Assembly: GCA_963810095.1 (NCBI GenBank)
Contig: CAWEMM010000009.1
Location: forward strand, 384,001 to 448,000
Source: an uncultured Chloroflexia bacterium
GTDB lineage: Bacteria; Chloroflexota; Anaerolineae; CG2-30-64-16
Length of the DNA stretch: 64,000 bases
Reading direction: 5' to 3'
Positions 1-10,397 of this stretch are shown in pieces (within the stretch, counting starts at the first letter, position 1; every line of letters begins with the position of its first letter). Both the position numbers and the translations under genes were made by a program. Under the pieces are notes generated by a model. The model was not told where the DNA came from. It saw only the letters and a program-made list of their open reading frames with translations, and did not search any database.

Positions 1-375
1 CGGGTGGCTTTCCAGGTTGCGCGGGAGCTGGCCGGGGGTGCTCGCCCGTTCGTGCGTCGTGACTGGGACGCGCTCGCCGCGAGTCAGCGCGCCGAGCTCG
101 ATGCCCTGTGGGCCGAACCACAAGTCGCGGACCTGCTCGACGCACCCCCTCCCACCGCCAACGAGCGCGGCGAGCTCCGCGCGGCCAGGCGCTACGCCGG
201 CCGCGTCGCCTTGGAAGCGCTGCGGGCCGGCTACGAGCGAGGCTTCAGCGCCGGCCTCGCCAACGACGCGCAGCTTTTCGGGCAGGTGACCGCCTCCCCC
301 TCGGGGCAGGAGTGGGTGGGCCGCTTCCTGGCGAAAGACCCCCGCCAATCGGCGTTCTTGACGCTGCTGGAGTGA
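1..375 (+). CDS. C-terminal part of a crotonase/enoyl-CoA hydratase-like domain protein (5' truncated by window)
   Basis: Open frame from the window edge. 'ALEALRAGYERGFSAGLANDAQLFGQVTASPSGQEWVGRFLAK' resembles the C-terminal helices of crotonase-fold enzymes. Confidence 0.5.
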   Translation, partial: RVAFQVARELAGGARPFVRRDWDALAASQRAELDALWAEPQVADLLDAPPPTANERGELRAARRYAGRVALEALRAGYERGFSAGLANDAQLFGQVTASPSGQEWVGRFLAKDPRQSAFLTLLE

Positions 376-492
376 GGTCGCCCCTTCGAGCAAATGAGAG
401 AGCTTCGCAGTTATGCGCCGGCTGTGCTGGCATTTATAACCGCGAAGCTCTGAAAGTCCCGTCAGTTGTGGTAACCCGTCTCGACTGACTGA

Positions 493-588
493 AATGGGAC
501 ACTGGTGCAACTGATTGGACTGCTCCGCACTGTCCTTCGGGAAAAGATCTTGATAGTCAGTCCAATCCGTTCAGGCAGTCCAATGTCC
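493..588. repeat. Family A periodic palindrome (AATGGGAC... with CTGAT/ATCAG units)
   Basis: Shares its left end and ~9-nt internal units with copies at 12988, 13139, 37340, 56582 and 58148. Confidence 0.65.
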
Positions 589-595
589 GATCAGG

Positions 596-1540
596 TCAGG
601 CCCGTGATGCGACGGGCTGCTGGGCCGACGCCGGTTCAGCCGCCGGCTCCCTGGCCGGCACCCGGATGGCTGCGACAAGCCCGACGACCAGCGCCGCGTC
701 CAGCAGCACCCGCACTGCGACGACGGGCTGGCTGAAGGTGAAGAACAGGACCACGAAGACCGACGCCACGGCAAGCGTCAGCGGCGCCACCCAGGGACGC
801 CGGGCCACGAACAACACGGCGGCGGCGACTCCAACCAACAGGGCGACGAACCAGAGCACCATCTCCACCGGCTCCTGGTAGGGCGGCTCGGCCCAGCCCT
901 CGGCGCGGGCCTTGATCCCGTTCATCATGCGCTGTTCCATGATGAAGGCGCCATTGCCGATGAAGAAGGCCATGACAGGGTTGTCCCCGCCGGTCATCGG
1001 CTGGATGCCGATCCGGTTAACCAGCCGGGTGCCTTTCCCGTCCGCAGTCGGCGCGATCTGCCACAACCACGTCCAGCCCATCACGTCGGGGCTGACCGCC
1101 GTAGCCAGCAGCCACTTCCCCGGCTCGAAGCGTTCCCATTTGAGCAGGCTCTGGATGATCTGCTCGCCCGCCTGTGGGTTCTGCCACTCGGGGTGGATCT
1201 CGTTCGCGTTTGTGTAGTTGACCGTATAGTCCGCGCCGCCCGTGATGGCGCCCACCCGGTCCTCGATGAAGGTGAAGCTGTAGAAGGCGCCGCGGGTGTC
1301 GCCAATTTGCGCCAGCCAGGGCCAGACCTTTTCGGGTGGCGCATTGATGGTGCGTGCGTTGGTCCAGTCGATGACCGGTGCGGACAGCGTCTCGTCGCCT
1401 GGCAGCGTGAGCGCGGCCTCGGCGGCCGTGGCGCCCCAATGGGGCATCTGGGCCTGAAAAATGGCGAAGCCGGCGACCAGCGCCACGGCCAGGACGACGA
1501 GGCCAATCAGTATGCGGAGGAGGCGGGTGCGAAGAGTCAT
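596..1540 (-). CDS. SRPBCC-domain membrane protein
   Basis: N-terminal TM helix, 'LPGDE...TINAPPEKVWPWLAQIG..RGAFYS' SRPBCC-like motif, three C-terminal TM helices. Confidence 0.75.
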   Translation of the reverse strand: MTLRTRLLRILIGLVVLAVALVAGFAIFQAQMPHWGATAAEAALTLPGDETLSAPVIDWTNARTINAPPEKVWPWLAQIGDTRGAFYSFTFIEDRVGAITGGADYTVNYTNANEIHPEWQNPQAGEQIIQSLLKWERFEPGKWLLATAVSPDVMGWTWLWQIAPTADGKGTRLVNRIGIQPMTGGDNPVMAFFIGNGAFIMEQRMMNGIKARAEGWAEPPYQEPVEMVLWFVALLVGVAAAVLFVARRPWVAPLTLAVASVFVVLFFTFSQPVVAVRVLLDAALVVGLVAAIRVPAREPAAEPASAQQPVASRA

Positions 1541-1645
1541 GGATGATACCCTCACTTTCGCACGGTACTACGCACCCGGCACGTCCCCGGTCGCGTCATG
1601 CTGCTGGGCGACAGGCGACCAGCAGCTTCGACAGCCCGCGAACCC

Positions 1646-1954
1646 TTAGGTCACGACGTTATAGAACTCGCGGCGCCCCGATTCGGTCGCCGGGACCATG
1701 CGGGCGAACCAATCCCCGAATTCGGGCAGCGCAAACTCGGCCGCCGTGAGCCGCTCCCACCCGGCAAAGTCGTCGACGAGGATCTCGGTCACGACGGTGA
1801 AGAACGGGCCGCTTGCGTCCGTCATGATGCGAAACTCGTGCATGTAGCCGCGGCCTTCGCTGCCCTCCCAGTGGCCGCTCAGCTCCCTAAAGAGGGCGAC
1901 CAGTTCGTCGCCCCTCCCATACTTCGCCTGAAACACATCGCGCACGAGCAACAC
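1646..1954 (-). CDS. NIPSNAP-like small protein
   Basis: GTG start after AGGAG. 'VRDVFQAKYGRGDELV...RIMTDASGPFFTVV...SGRREFY' fits a dimeric alpha/beta barrel. Confidence 0.7.
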   Translation of the reverse strand: MLLVRDVFQAKYGRGDELVALFRELSGHWEGSEGRGYMHEFRIMTDASGPFFTVVTEILVDDFAGWERLTAAEFALPEFGDWFARMVPATESGRREFYNVVT

Positions 1955-2133
1955 GGCTGAACTCCTTCTGCCCGGTCCCTCACCGGTGCAAAGCTCGGTT
2001 TGCGCGCTGGCAGATCGACCTGGGTTCTGAGTATGACTTTTATTACAGATCCGAGGAAACTGCAAGGAGAGCGTGGCGGAGGCGACGGCCTTCCCCGCTC
2101 ACAGAGACCGGGCGGGGAAGGCCAGGGGGACAA

Positions 2134-2670
2134 TTAGGCCCGCCGGTAGCGCAGCCGTACGACGCCGCTCGGGAAGACCTGGTGATCGACGAGTGTCAGC
2201 GCCTGCTGGAGGCTCCGGGCAGCGGGCTCGAGGAGCGGGATGCCCGCGCCGAGCACCACCGGAATGAGTGTCAGGTCGTATTCGTCGATGAGCCCGGCTG
2301 CGGCGAAGGCTGCCGCGAGCTTGCCGCCTCCGACCAGCCAGATATTTTTCTGGTGCTTCGCCTGCAGCGACCGGACGAGGTCGGCCGGCGCTTCGGAGGT
2401 GAAGCGCACGCTGCCGCCTTTCGGCTGGGGCAGGGCGCGGGAGGTCATCACGATCGACTCCAACCCTTCGTAGGGCCACTCCTCCCCCCTGTTCAGGATC
2501 CACTCATACGTCGCCGCGCCCATAATCAGCGCACCGAGCCCGGCCACCAACTCCTGATAGCCGTAGTCTTCGCCGGTGGCGTCGTATTTGAGCAGCCACG
2601 CCAGGTCGCCGCCCGGTCCTGCGATCAACCCGTCCACGCTCATGGCCAGGTAGTAAATGACTTTGCCCAA
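2134..2670 (-). CDS. Dihydrofolate reductase/RibD C-terminal family protein
   Basis: Motifs 'AMSVDGLIA', 'MGAATY', 'IWLVGGG', 'GLIDEY..PVVLGAG'. TTG start after AAGGAG. Confidence 0.88.
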   Translation of the reverse strand: MGKVIYYLAMSVDGLIAGPGGDLAWLLKYDATGEDYGYQELVAGLGALIMGAATYEWILNRGEEWPYEGLESIVMTSRALPQPKGGSVRFTSEAPADLVRSLQAKHQKNIWLVGGGKLAAAFAAAGLIDEYDLTLIPVVLGAGIPLLEPAARSLQQALTLVDHQVFPSGVVRLRYRRA

Positions 2671-2721
2671 GAGGTGCTCCTTATCGCGATGCGAGGCCAC
2701 CGACGGCAGGTGTCCGAAGCT

Positions 2722-5256
2722 TCAAGCGCAAGCCATCAAGCCGGCTCGTGTCGAAGACTCCGCCCTCCGACCAATGCGCGTCGAAGGCTGCCGCGCCGAG
2801 CCGCCACGTACGCGGGTAATCGGCGAATAAATGCGCTGCGACAAGCCGTCATCGACATGCGGCGGCTGCTCCCAGTATTCTTTCCGCTGCGCCGAAGAGG
2901 CAGGCAGCGCGGGCATCGTGAGCTGCAGGCCGGCTACGCCCGAACCCCATGAGCGAACGAGCTTCCCACCCGGAGGGCAGCCGGAGTTCCCTCACGATAC
3001 TCACGTGCTCTTGAAATAACGCTTGCGCCTCCCGCCAGTTCCCTTCGTCCAGTGCGAGACGGCCAAGGCTTGCGACGACCGCGTGCAGGCCTCGCAGATA
3101 CTGCATGCTCCGCCAGATCTGCGCACACTCCATGAGGCAAACGCGCGCCCGTGTCCAGATCGCCCTCCATGTGCGCCAGGCGTCCAAGCGACTGCAGCGC
3201 GTGCGAGGTCCAGAGCGGATAACCCTCGCGCCTGGCAATCGCCAGCGCCTCGCCATATCGCTGGCGTGCCAACTCAGCCTCGCCCTTGCCGAGCGCCAAC
3301 TCGCCCATCGTCCACAGTGCGTAGGAATAGTGGAGCAGGTTGCCGGCTTGGCGGCAGGCCGCCAGGAGCTCCTCCTCGTACTCATCCATTGCCGCAATCG
3401 AGTTGGTAGCGGTAGACTTCCACCAGGCTGAAGCGATTGAAGCACTGCGGCAAATCGTCCTGTTCCCGTGCCATGGCGAGGCTGGCCTTGATGAGCTTCT
3501 CTGCCCGCGGGTACTCGCGCATGCCAAAGACCTGATCGCCGGCGAACCAGAGCGCGGTCGCGGCGGAGTTTGCTGGGCGGCCAGGCTTCGGTCAGTGCAA
3601 GGATGACGGTCGACCAGGCGAACGAGTCATAGAGCCGCACGCTGTAGAAGGTGAAGATACTCAGCGCTTTGCCGAGGCGGATCGCCGATGCCGCGTTCCT
3701 CTCGAGCGCGACAGCCATCGCCGCTCGGAAGTTGTCGTATTCGTTGCCCAGGCGATCGATCCATGCGGTTCGACCTGCCAGGATGTGCGGTTCGCTCTCT
3801 TCGGCCAAGGCCACGTAGTAGCCCAGGTGCCGGTCGCGAACCGCATCCAGCTCGCCGTGCGCCTTGAGGTTTTCCAGGCCGTACTGTCGCACCGTTTCCA
3901 GCAACCGGTACCGGCTCTCCGCCCGCGTTTCTCGCACGATCACCAGCGAGTGCTCGACGAGGCTGGTCAGCAGGTCGAGGACCTGAGGTCGATCGATCAC
4001 GAACGTCAGTCCATGCCGAGCCTGTCCTTCAATGTAGCCCCCACCCGCGCAAACAGCCTCGACAGCTTCAAGTGCAAAGCTGCCCGCAAACACCGCCAAC
4101 CGGTTCAGCAGTGTGGCTTCTGGCCCGGTCAGCAAATCGTAGCTCCAGTCCAGCGATGCCCGCAATGTCTGTTGCCGGCGCAAGGCCGTGCGGCTGCCGT
4201 GCGTGAGCAGGCTGAACTGGTCGTCCAGGTGGGCAGCAATCTGCTGGGGCGCGAGGATGCGGATGCGCGCGGCCGCCAGTTCGATCGCCAGCGGCATGCC
4301 GTCCAGCCGGGTTACGATCTCGGCGACCGCCTGCACATTCGACCCGTCGATGCGAAAGGCCGGCTGGGCGCTGCGGCCCCGCTCCGCAAACAGCCGCATA
4401 GCCTCGTATGCCGCGGCCTCGTTGATGGGTGGAAGATGCTCAGGATCTGGCGCTTGCAGGGAGGGGACGCTGTAGCTGGTCTCGCCGCAGACGCGCAGTG
4501 GCTCCCGGCTTGTCGCCAGCACCTTGAGCCATGCAGCGCCGGCCAGAAGAGACTCGGCCAGCTCCGCACACTGCTCGATCAGGTGCTCGCAATTGTCCAG
4601 AAGCAGGAGCAGTTGGCGCCCCGCCAGGTAGTCGAGGAGTTGCTCCCGGAGGGGCGCGCTGCCGCCGTGGCGAACCCCCAGGCTCGAAGCAATCGCCTGG
4701 GGCAGGATTTCGCCGTCCTCCAGGGGCGCCAGGTCCACGAGCCAAACGCCGTCAGGAAAGACGTCGACCAGGCGACCGGCAACTTCCAGCGCAAGGCTCG
4801 TCTTGCCGCACCCGCCCGCGCCGGTGAGGGTGAGCAATCTGACGCTTTGCAGCACGCCCAGGAGCTCGGCGATCTGTGCCTCGCGGCCGACGAAGCTGCT
4901 TAGGCGGAGGGGCAGGTTGCTCCGGCGGCGACGCCCCGTAGGACCCGCCCCGCCGGTCCTGGGGTTGATATCGGTGGAGGTGGGGGGCGGGGCCATTGCG
5001 GTGGCCGCGAGCGGCACGTCCCCGCCGACAATTGCACGCGCGAAGTTGACAAACGCCTGCCTGTCGGCTGAGGGTACGTCCAGAACCGCAGCGAGGCTGA
5101 GCGCGATTTCTTCGAAGGCCGGCGCTCGCCGGACTCGATCTTCCGGAGGGTGACGAGAGCAACGCCCAGCCGGTTGGCAAGCTCGGCCTGGGTCAGGTCG
5201 CGGCTGCTGCGGTGGCGTTTCAACCAATGTCCGAACGAAGTACCGGTGTCGTCCAT
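2722..5256 (-). CDS. XRE-HTH + NB-ARC/STAND ATPase + TPR regulator (several frameshifts, 3' end approximate)
   Basis: 'SFGHWLKRHR..DLTQAELA' HTH, 'TGAGGCGKT' Walker A, 'LLLLDNCEH', 'LDGMPLAIELAA', then TPR-like helices spread over several frames. Confidence 0.8.
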
Positions 5257-5450
5257 GACGGCCTCGCAGGGTGGGGCGGCTGCTCAACCGAGATTTCGTG
5301 GTCGGGGACATTGTATCACAATTCGTATCACTTCGCGTACCAGCGCGACCACTTCACAAGCAGGTGCACGCATGATTAAATGATGGCACGACCTCGTGCA
5401 GTGGCACGGAACATTCACCTTGCGACCACCAGCGAAACGGAGGAACGACG

Positions 5451-5966
5451 ATGAAGAAGCTTTCGATTTGGCTGACTCTGCTGCTGCTCGTCCTGTTCGC
5501 CGCCGCCCCGGCCTCGGCGAACCAACCCATCGTGAGCTACCAGGAATTCGACCAGCAGTACCTCCTCGCGGTCTGTGACTATGGTGAGGTGTGGGATACC
5601 TTCCACGTCTTCGCGAGAATTACCGAGTTCCCGGAGAAGGACGGCAGCGTGCAGACGTTCGGCGCCGACATTGACGGGGCGGACTTCGTTTACCTGGCCA
5701 GCGAGTCGACCGTCCAGATTGCGTACGGCGAGGCGCACTTCCAGCAGGACTTCACGCTCGTTGGCACGAACCCCGACCTGTGGCAGGTCAAGTGGACGGG
5801 GGTACAGTACAACCTGAAGACGATGGCTGGAATGCCTTTCCTGCAAATCGCCGGGCAATCCGTCGCCTACCGGATTGACAACGACCCGAGCACTCAGTGG
5901 TATGTCAAGAGTGTGGGCCACAACAACTACGACGAAGCGGCCATCTGCGCCGCACTTGCCCCGTAA
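5451..5966 (+). CDS. Secreted hypothetical protein
   Basis: GGAGG RBS, signal peptide MKKLSIWL...ASA, biased codon usage. Confidence 0.8.
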   Translation: MKKLSIWLTLLLLVLFAAAPASANQPIVSYQEFDQQYLLAVCDYGEVWDTFHVFARITEFPEKDGSVQTFGADIDGADFVYLASESTVQIAYGEAHFQQDFTLVGTNPDLWQVKWTGVQYNLKTMAGMPFLQIAGQSVAYRIDNDPSTQWYVKSVGHNNYDEAAICAALAP

Positions 5967-6365
5967 GCGGACACTGATGTCGGCTGCCGGACGGCACGCT
6001 GTTTATCAGCGCAGGGCGCCTCGACTTCGTCCTGCACCCGGGCGTAGAGTGGGTGCTTTCTCCCGACAGTGGCAACCCGGGCAATATCGACGCTTTCTGC
6101 AAGGCGATGTCCGAGTAATCGGCCCCGCTGAGAGCAAGGCAGGGGAAGCTCCGGTCCACTTCCGCCACGTGAGTAGACCGGAGCTTTATGTCTGGCGTGG
6201 GTTCGGCTGCCAATCACTCGTCCTGCATGTAGAAGCGCTCCAGATCGTCGTGCTTTCGTCCTCGCATACACCCACCCCCGTCTACCACGAAGCCACTGCC
6301 CTTGCACCCCAGTGAAAGCGGTGACATGAAGTTGTGCGTTGACATCATGAACGGGGAGGGCGACG

Positions 6366-6944
6366 ATGTACATTGAGACGGTTGACGAGATCGATGCGAC
6401 GGGGCTGTTGAAAGACCTGTATGACGCGGACCGGCAGGCGAACGGGTACGTGCCGAACTATACGCAGGCCATGAGCCTCCACCCGGAGGTCAATGCCGCC
6501 TGGCGCGAGCTTTCCAAGGCAATTCGCTCGAAGATGCGCTTGCGGCGTTACGAATTGGTTACTTATGCGGCAGCCCGCGCGCTCGGCTGCCGGTACTGAC
6601 TGCTGGCCCACGGAGCGGTGCTCCGCAAGAACGGCTTCAGCGTCGAGCAGTTGCGGGCAATCACGACCGATTTCCGGGAGGCCGGCCTGGCGCCGGAAGA
6701 GGTTGCGATGATGGCCTACGCCGAGAAAATCGCGGTGCGGGCGTATGAGGTGACCGAAGCGGATATCGAAGGACTGCGCAGCCACGGGTTGACCGACGCG
6801 GAGATTCTCGACGTAGCATTCGCGGCCGCGGCACGCTGCTTCTTCAGCAAGACGCTGGACGCACTGGGCGCCGAACCCGACAAAACCTATGACGAGCTGG
6901 CGGACGCCCTGGACGACGTGCTGCCGAAACACCGGGCTGCCTGA
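6366..6944 (+). CDS. AhpD/carboxymuconolactone decarboxylase-like peroxidase-related protein, probable selenoprotein (UGA 6597-6599)
   Basis: Two ORFs in the same frame separated only by TGA in 'GCRY*LLAHG' (the CxxC position), with a downstream hairpin. Confidence 0.85.
6600..6642 (+). promoter_or_regulatory. Putative bacterial SECIS element
   Basis: Stem CGGAGC-GGT-GCTCCG (6611-6625). The G-initiated apical loop starts 18 nt after the UGA. Confidence 0.65.
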
Positions 6945-6959
6945 GCCGGCACCCAAGCC

Positions 6960-7847
6960 TTACGCCGCGTCGGCCAGCACCTCGCCGATCACGCGCCGCG
7001 CGACTTCGGCCTGGCGCTGGTCCGTGCCGGCGTACTCCACGAGGGTGATCAGCGCCTTCCACAGCGCCCATCCGCGGCCCCGGTCCCATGTCGCAGGGTC
7101 GAGCGCGACCGCGGTCCTGAACGCCCGCCGGCTCTTCCCTGAAAACAGCGTCCACGCGATGGCCAAGTCACAGGCCGGGTCGCCCACGCCCGAAGTGCCG
7201 AAGTCGATCACTGCAGCCAGCCGGCCGGCCCTGGTCAGCAGGTTGCCCGCTGCCACGTCGCCATGGATCCACACGGGCGGCCCGCCCCAGCGCGACTCGA
7301 GCGCAGTCTCCCACACCTCCGTCGCCCGGCCCGTGTCGACCAGGCCGTCCAATTGCTCGATGGCTCGCCGGGTCTCGCCGTCATATACTTGGGGCGGCGC
7401 GCCGCGGAAGAAGTTGTGGCTGCCGGGCGGGGGCCCGCCGGTCGGGTCGACCTGCTGCAACGCGACGAGGAAGCCGGCGAGGGTCGTGGCAAACTCCGAT
7501 AGGTCGGCAATACGCTCGACCGCGGCCGTCTCGCCCTCTAGCCAGCGATAGATGGACCACTGCCAGGGATAGCCGTGCGCCGGTTGGCCCAGCGCGATGG
7601 GGAAGGGGATCGCCAGCGGCAGGTGTGGCGCGAGGCGGGGCAGCCAGCGGTGTTCCTTTGCCACCTGCGCCACATAGCCGGCGGCGCTGGGCAAGCGCAC
7701 GGACAGTTCTGGGCCGAGGCGGAAGGTGCGGTTATCCCAGCCGTTGGGTTCGGCAGGGACGACGGGGAGATGTGCCCATTGTGGAAACTGCCCGGCGACC
7801 AGCCGCCTGACCAGCGCGGCGTCAATATCATCTCTTTTTGGATCCAT
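6960..7847 (-). CDS. Aminoglycoside phosphotransferase (APH) family protein
   Basis: 'GWDNRTFRLG', 'WIHGDVAAGNLL', 'VIDFG..GVGDPACDL'. Confidence 0.9.
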   Translation of the reverse strand: MDPKRDDIDAALVRRLVAGQFPQWAHLPVVPAEPNGWDNRTFRLGPELSVRLPSAAGYVAQVAKEHRWLPRLAPHLPLAIPFPIALGQPAHGYPWQWSIYRWLEGETAAVERIADLSEFATTLAGFLVALQQVDPTGGPPPGSHNFFRGAPPQVYDGETRRAIEQLDGLVDTGRATEVWETALESRWGGPPVWIHGDVAAGNLLTRAGRLAAVIDFGTSGVGDPACDLAIAWTLFSGKSRRAFRTAVALDPATWDRGRGWALWKALITLVEYAGTDQRQAEVARRVIGEVLADAA

Positions 7848-7959
7848 GCGGCCAGGGTACACGAGGAGCGCCGGCCAGGCAAGCGAGCGACGTCCTGTTG
7901 CGTCCGTTAAGGGCTTTCGGTGGGGCCTTGACCCCCACCGAAAGCCGGGATGTGCGAGG

Positions 7960-8823
7960 TTACTGCACGATGGGCCGGTTACATGCGTTTGGCAGCGTCA
8001 CCGGCTGCGTTTTGCCGTTGATGTTCGTCAGGTCGATGGAGATGCCGAAGTCGCCCTCGAACTTCAGCGGCTCGAACGCACCGCTGTAGTTCCCTCGGAA
8101 CGCCACCGGGAAACCCGTCTTCGCGTCGATGAACAGGTCCGCGTCTTCTGCCGACCAGAGCGAGTCGCCGAAGTCCTTGACCTTTTCGTCCTTGCTCTTC
8201 TGGGCCGCGGCCAGGAAGGCATCGCCGTCGATGACATAGTGCTTCACTGCGACCCCGTTCAGCTTCTCCTCGCCCACCAACTTGCCACGCGCGACATCGC
8301 TGCTCGTCAGCAACGTCATCAGTGCCTGCGGGCTCGTCGCGTCGAGCGTATCGGTCGCATTCAGCGCCTGCGGCTTGATGCAGATGGGGATGAGGCTGGG
8401 CACCGAGACGAAAGCGCCCTGCGGCGTCTTGAAGAGCTCAACCTTCGACGGCGTGAACAGGCCGACCATCGAGCCGCCGACCTTGGTTGCCAGCGGGCCC
8501 AGCAGCGGGCCGGAGATCGTGATCTTGCTCGTGTTGGGATCGCTGACGTTCAGCGCGCCGTTCAGTTGGCCCTGGGTCCGCTCACCGTCGATCAGGCCGT
8601 TCACATCCAGCGTGACGTTCCCGTTCAGCGAGTTGAGTTTTGCGATCGACTGGAGGGGGATCGGGTCGCCCGGAACGGGGGTTGTTGCGGCGAGCGGCGC
8701 GATGAACTTCGTCAGGGCCGACGCGGGGAAACCCGAGCCTGCGCTCTCTACGGCGAGCAGCGTAAAGACCGCGATCGCCAGCACCGCGATCCCAAAGGCA
8801 AAATTCCGAACCATCGCCTTCAT
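7960..8823 (-). CDS. Exported hypothetical protein (LppX/LolA-like fold possible)
   Basis: AGGAG RBS, N-terminal signal/TM, 'VGEEKLNGVAVKHY', 'DLFIDAKTGFPV'. Confidence 0.7.
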   Translation of the reverse strand: MKAMVRNFAFGIAVLAIAVFTLLAVESAGSGFPASALTKFIAPLAATTPVPGDPIPLQSIAKLNSLNGNVTLDVNGLIDGERTQGQLNGALNVSDPNTSKITISGPLLGPLATKVGGSMVGLFTPSKVELFKTPQGAFVSVPSLIPICIKPQALNATDTLDATSPQALMTLLTSSDVARGKLVGEEKLNGVAVKHYVIDGDAFLAAAQKSKDEKVKDFGDSLWSAEDADLFIDAKTGFPVAFRGNYSGAFEPLKFEGDFGISIDLTNINGKTQPVTLPNACNRPIVQ

Positions 8824-9063
8824 AGATGTGGGCTCCTTTCATGAGCAAGCCGCAATGGGCTGACTTGGGTGTGCAGCCCAGGTGGGGTTAGCGGCCAGGA
8901 ACGCGCCTCGCCAGCCTGAGCTTATGATAATAGTTGATGGGCGCTGGGCATACGCCCAAATGGGTGTAGTTGGGGTGTATTTCGGCGCGGGTAACTGCCG
9001 GGGGACTGCAACCAAGGGGGCGCCGCTGCGAACCAGCCGCGCCCCCTTGCCAGACACGCTTCG

Positions 9064-10056
9064 TTAGCGTGCGGCAAACCAGTCGAGGATGGCGGCGAGC
9101 GCCTGAGGGTCGAGGACGGCTGCCTCCGCATTGTAGCCCGCAGCTACCTCGGCGGGGTTCAGCGTCTCCCGGGGCTGACTCTCGTGCTTGAGCACGTGGT
9201 TCGCCTCTTCAGAATAGACAAACATGATGTCCTTGCGTCCGCCTACCGCCTGTTCCAGCCGGCCGCCGTCGGCCTGCCAATCCACCTGGATGTCCCTCTT
9301 CCCGATCACGACCAGCACGGGCACGGTGACCTCGGCCAGCCAGGCGGCCGCATCGGCGAGCCACAGCTCACGGGCGAAGGGCAGGTTCATCGGGCTGGTC
9401 AGGCCCTGCAGCAGCATCAGGACCCCTTGCGGCAGCACGGGGTCGGGTGTGACCGGCTGGTCGGACTGGAACTGTGCGATGGCCGCGTCGTAGGCCGCGA
9501 TCATCTCGGCCCCGTTCGGCACGGCCGCCAGCTGTGCGACGATCTGGCTGCGCCCGACGTCGCCCATCACCCGTCCGGGAGGTGCAGTCAGCACGAGCCC
9601 GGCAAAGGGGAGCGCGGGGTCGTGGACCTGGTAGTTCAAGGCATGCAGCGCGCCCTCACTGTTGGTCAGTGCGAAGATGCGGCTTGAATCGACGAAATCC
9701 TCGCCCGCCAGCACGCGCACCGCGCTTGCCAGCTCGTCGACATGGGTCCCAAAGCTGACCTTGCCCATCAGCTTCGGGAAGTTCTCCTGTGCATGGGGGC
9801 CCGAAGCTCGCTTGTCATAACGCAGCGATGCGATTCCCTTTTGCGCCAGCGCGCCGGCGAGGAGGCGGGCGCTGCCGTTCGTGCCGGGGAGAAGGGGCGT
9901 GTTCCAGTCCCGATCGGTCGGTCCGCTGCCGGCCACCATCACCACGGCCGGGAAAGGTCCGGCCCCTGCCGGCCTCACCACCGTCGCGTACATCGTCGTG
10001 TCGTCCAGCGGCCAGTCCACTTCGAAGCTGGTCCCGCGTGTTGCTTGTTCCGTCAT
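9064..10056 (-). CDS. Alpha/beta hydrolase
   Basis: 'AGSGPTDRD', 'LRYDKR', nucleophile elbow 'TNSEG', 'DIQV', 'NHVLK'. Confidence 0.88.
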   Translation of the reverse strand: MTEQATRGTSFEVDWPLDDTTMYATVVRPAGAGPFPAVVMVAGSGPTDRDWNTPLLPGTNGSARLLAGALAQKGIASLRYDKRASGPHAQENFPKLMGKVSFGTHVDELASAVRVLAGEDFVDSSRIFALTNSEGALHALNYQVHDPALPFAGLVLTAPPGRVMGDVGRSQIVAQLAAVPNGAEMIAAYDAAIAQFQSDQPVTPDPVLPQGVLMLLQGLTSPMNLPFARELWLADAAAWLAEVTVPVLVVIGKRDIQVDWQADGGRLEQAVGGRKDIMFVYSEEANHVLKHESQPRETLNPAEVAAGYNAEAAVLDPQALAAILDWFAAR

Positions 10057-10198
10057 TTCGTCGTCCTTCTATGTTGAAGCAGTATTGAGCGAGGTCCACT
10101 GAGTGCGGATTGTAGCACAGCGATCATGCCCGTGTCGTACCCCAAACCTGGTATCCTGATCTCCAACAATCGGCGCTTGCGCCGGCGTCTTGGCGGAC

Positions 10199-10207
10199 TG
10201 CTATACT
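10199..10207 (+). promoter_or_regulatory. Extended -10 promoter (TGcTATACT) for the leuS leader
   Basis: TGn-TATACT ends 7 nt before the leader ATG at 10214. Confidence 0.6.
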
Positions 10208-10213
10208 GGGGCC

Positions 10214-10312
10214 ATGTTGAAGCAGCATACGTTCGAGGCTCTCTTGCTTACGGCGCTCCTTGCGCAAAGGAGAGGTATCCGCCTGGGCAGGGGCGTCGGG
10301 TCGAGCGCATAA
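10214..10312 (+). CDS. Leu-rich leader peptide (MLKQHTFEALLLTALLAQRRGIRLGRGVGSSA)
   Basis: 32-aa uORF with 7 Leu codons (LLL-x-x-LL cluster), upstream of a terminator and leuS. Confidence 0.7.
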   Translation: MLKQHTFEALLLTALLAQRRGIRLGRGVGSSA

Positions 10313-10336
10313 GCTGCGACGAGTCACGCCGGATCC

Positions 10337-10366
10337 AAGACCTCCCAGGTGGGAGGTCTTTTTATT
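10337..10366 (+). terminator. Attenuator intrinsic terminator upstream of leuS
   Basis: AAGACCTCCC-AGGT-GGGAGGTCTT followed by TTTATT. Confidence 0.8.
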
Positions 10367-10397
10367 CCGGGTCAAAATCCAGAAAGGAGCGTTTCAA

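Noticed and set aside
5970-6330. Possible small gene or readthrough ORF on the minus strand (MRGRKHDDLERFYMQDE*LAAEP...)
   Set aside because: No recognisable motifs, weak codon bias and no Cys/Sec context. At most a degraded remnant.
6960-7847. APH protein as a true antibiotic resistance gene
   Set aside because: It is a generic APH-like kinase family member with no mobile-element context, and its substrate cannot be inferred.
10200-10370. T-box riboswitch upstream of leuS
   Set aside because: No recognisable T-box (GGTGGNACCGCG) or stem I motifs. The leader-peptide model fits better.
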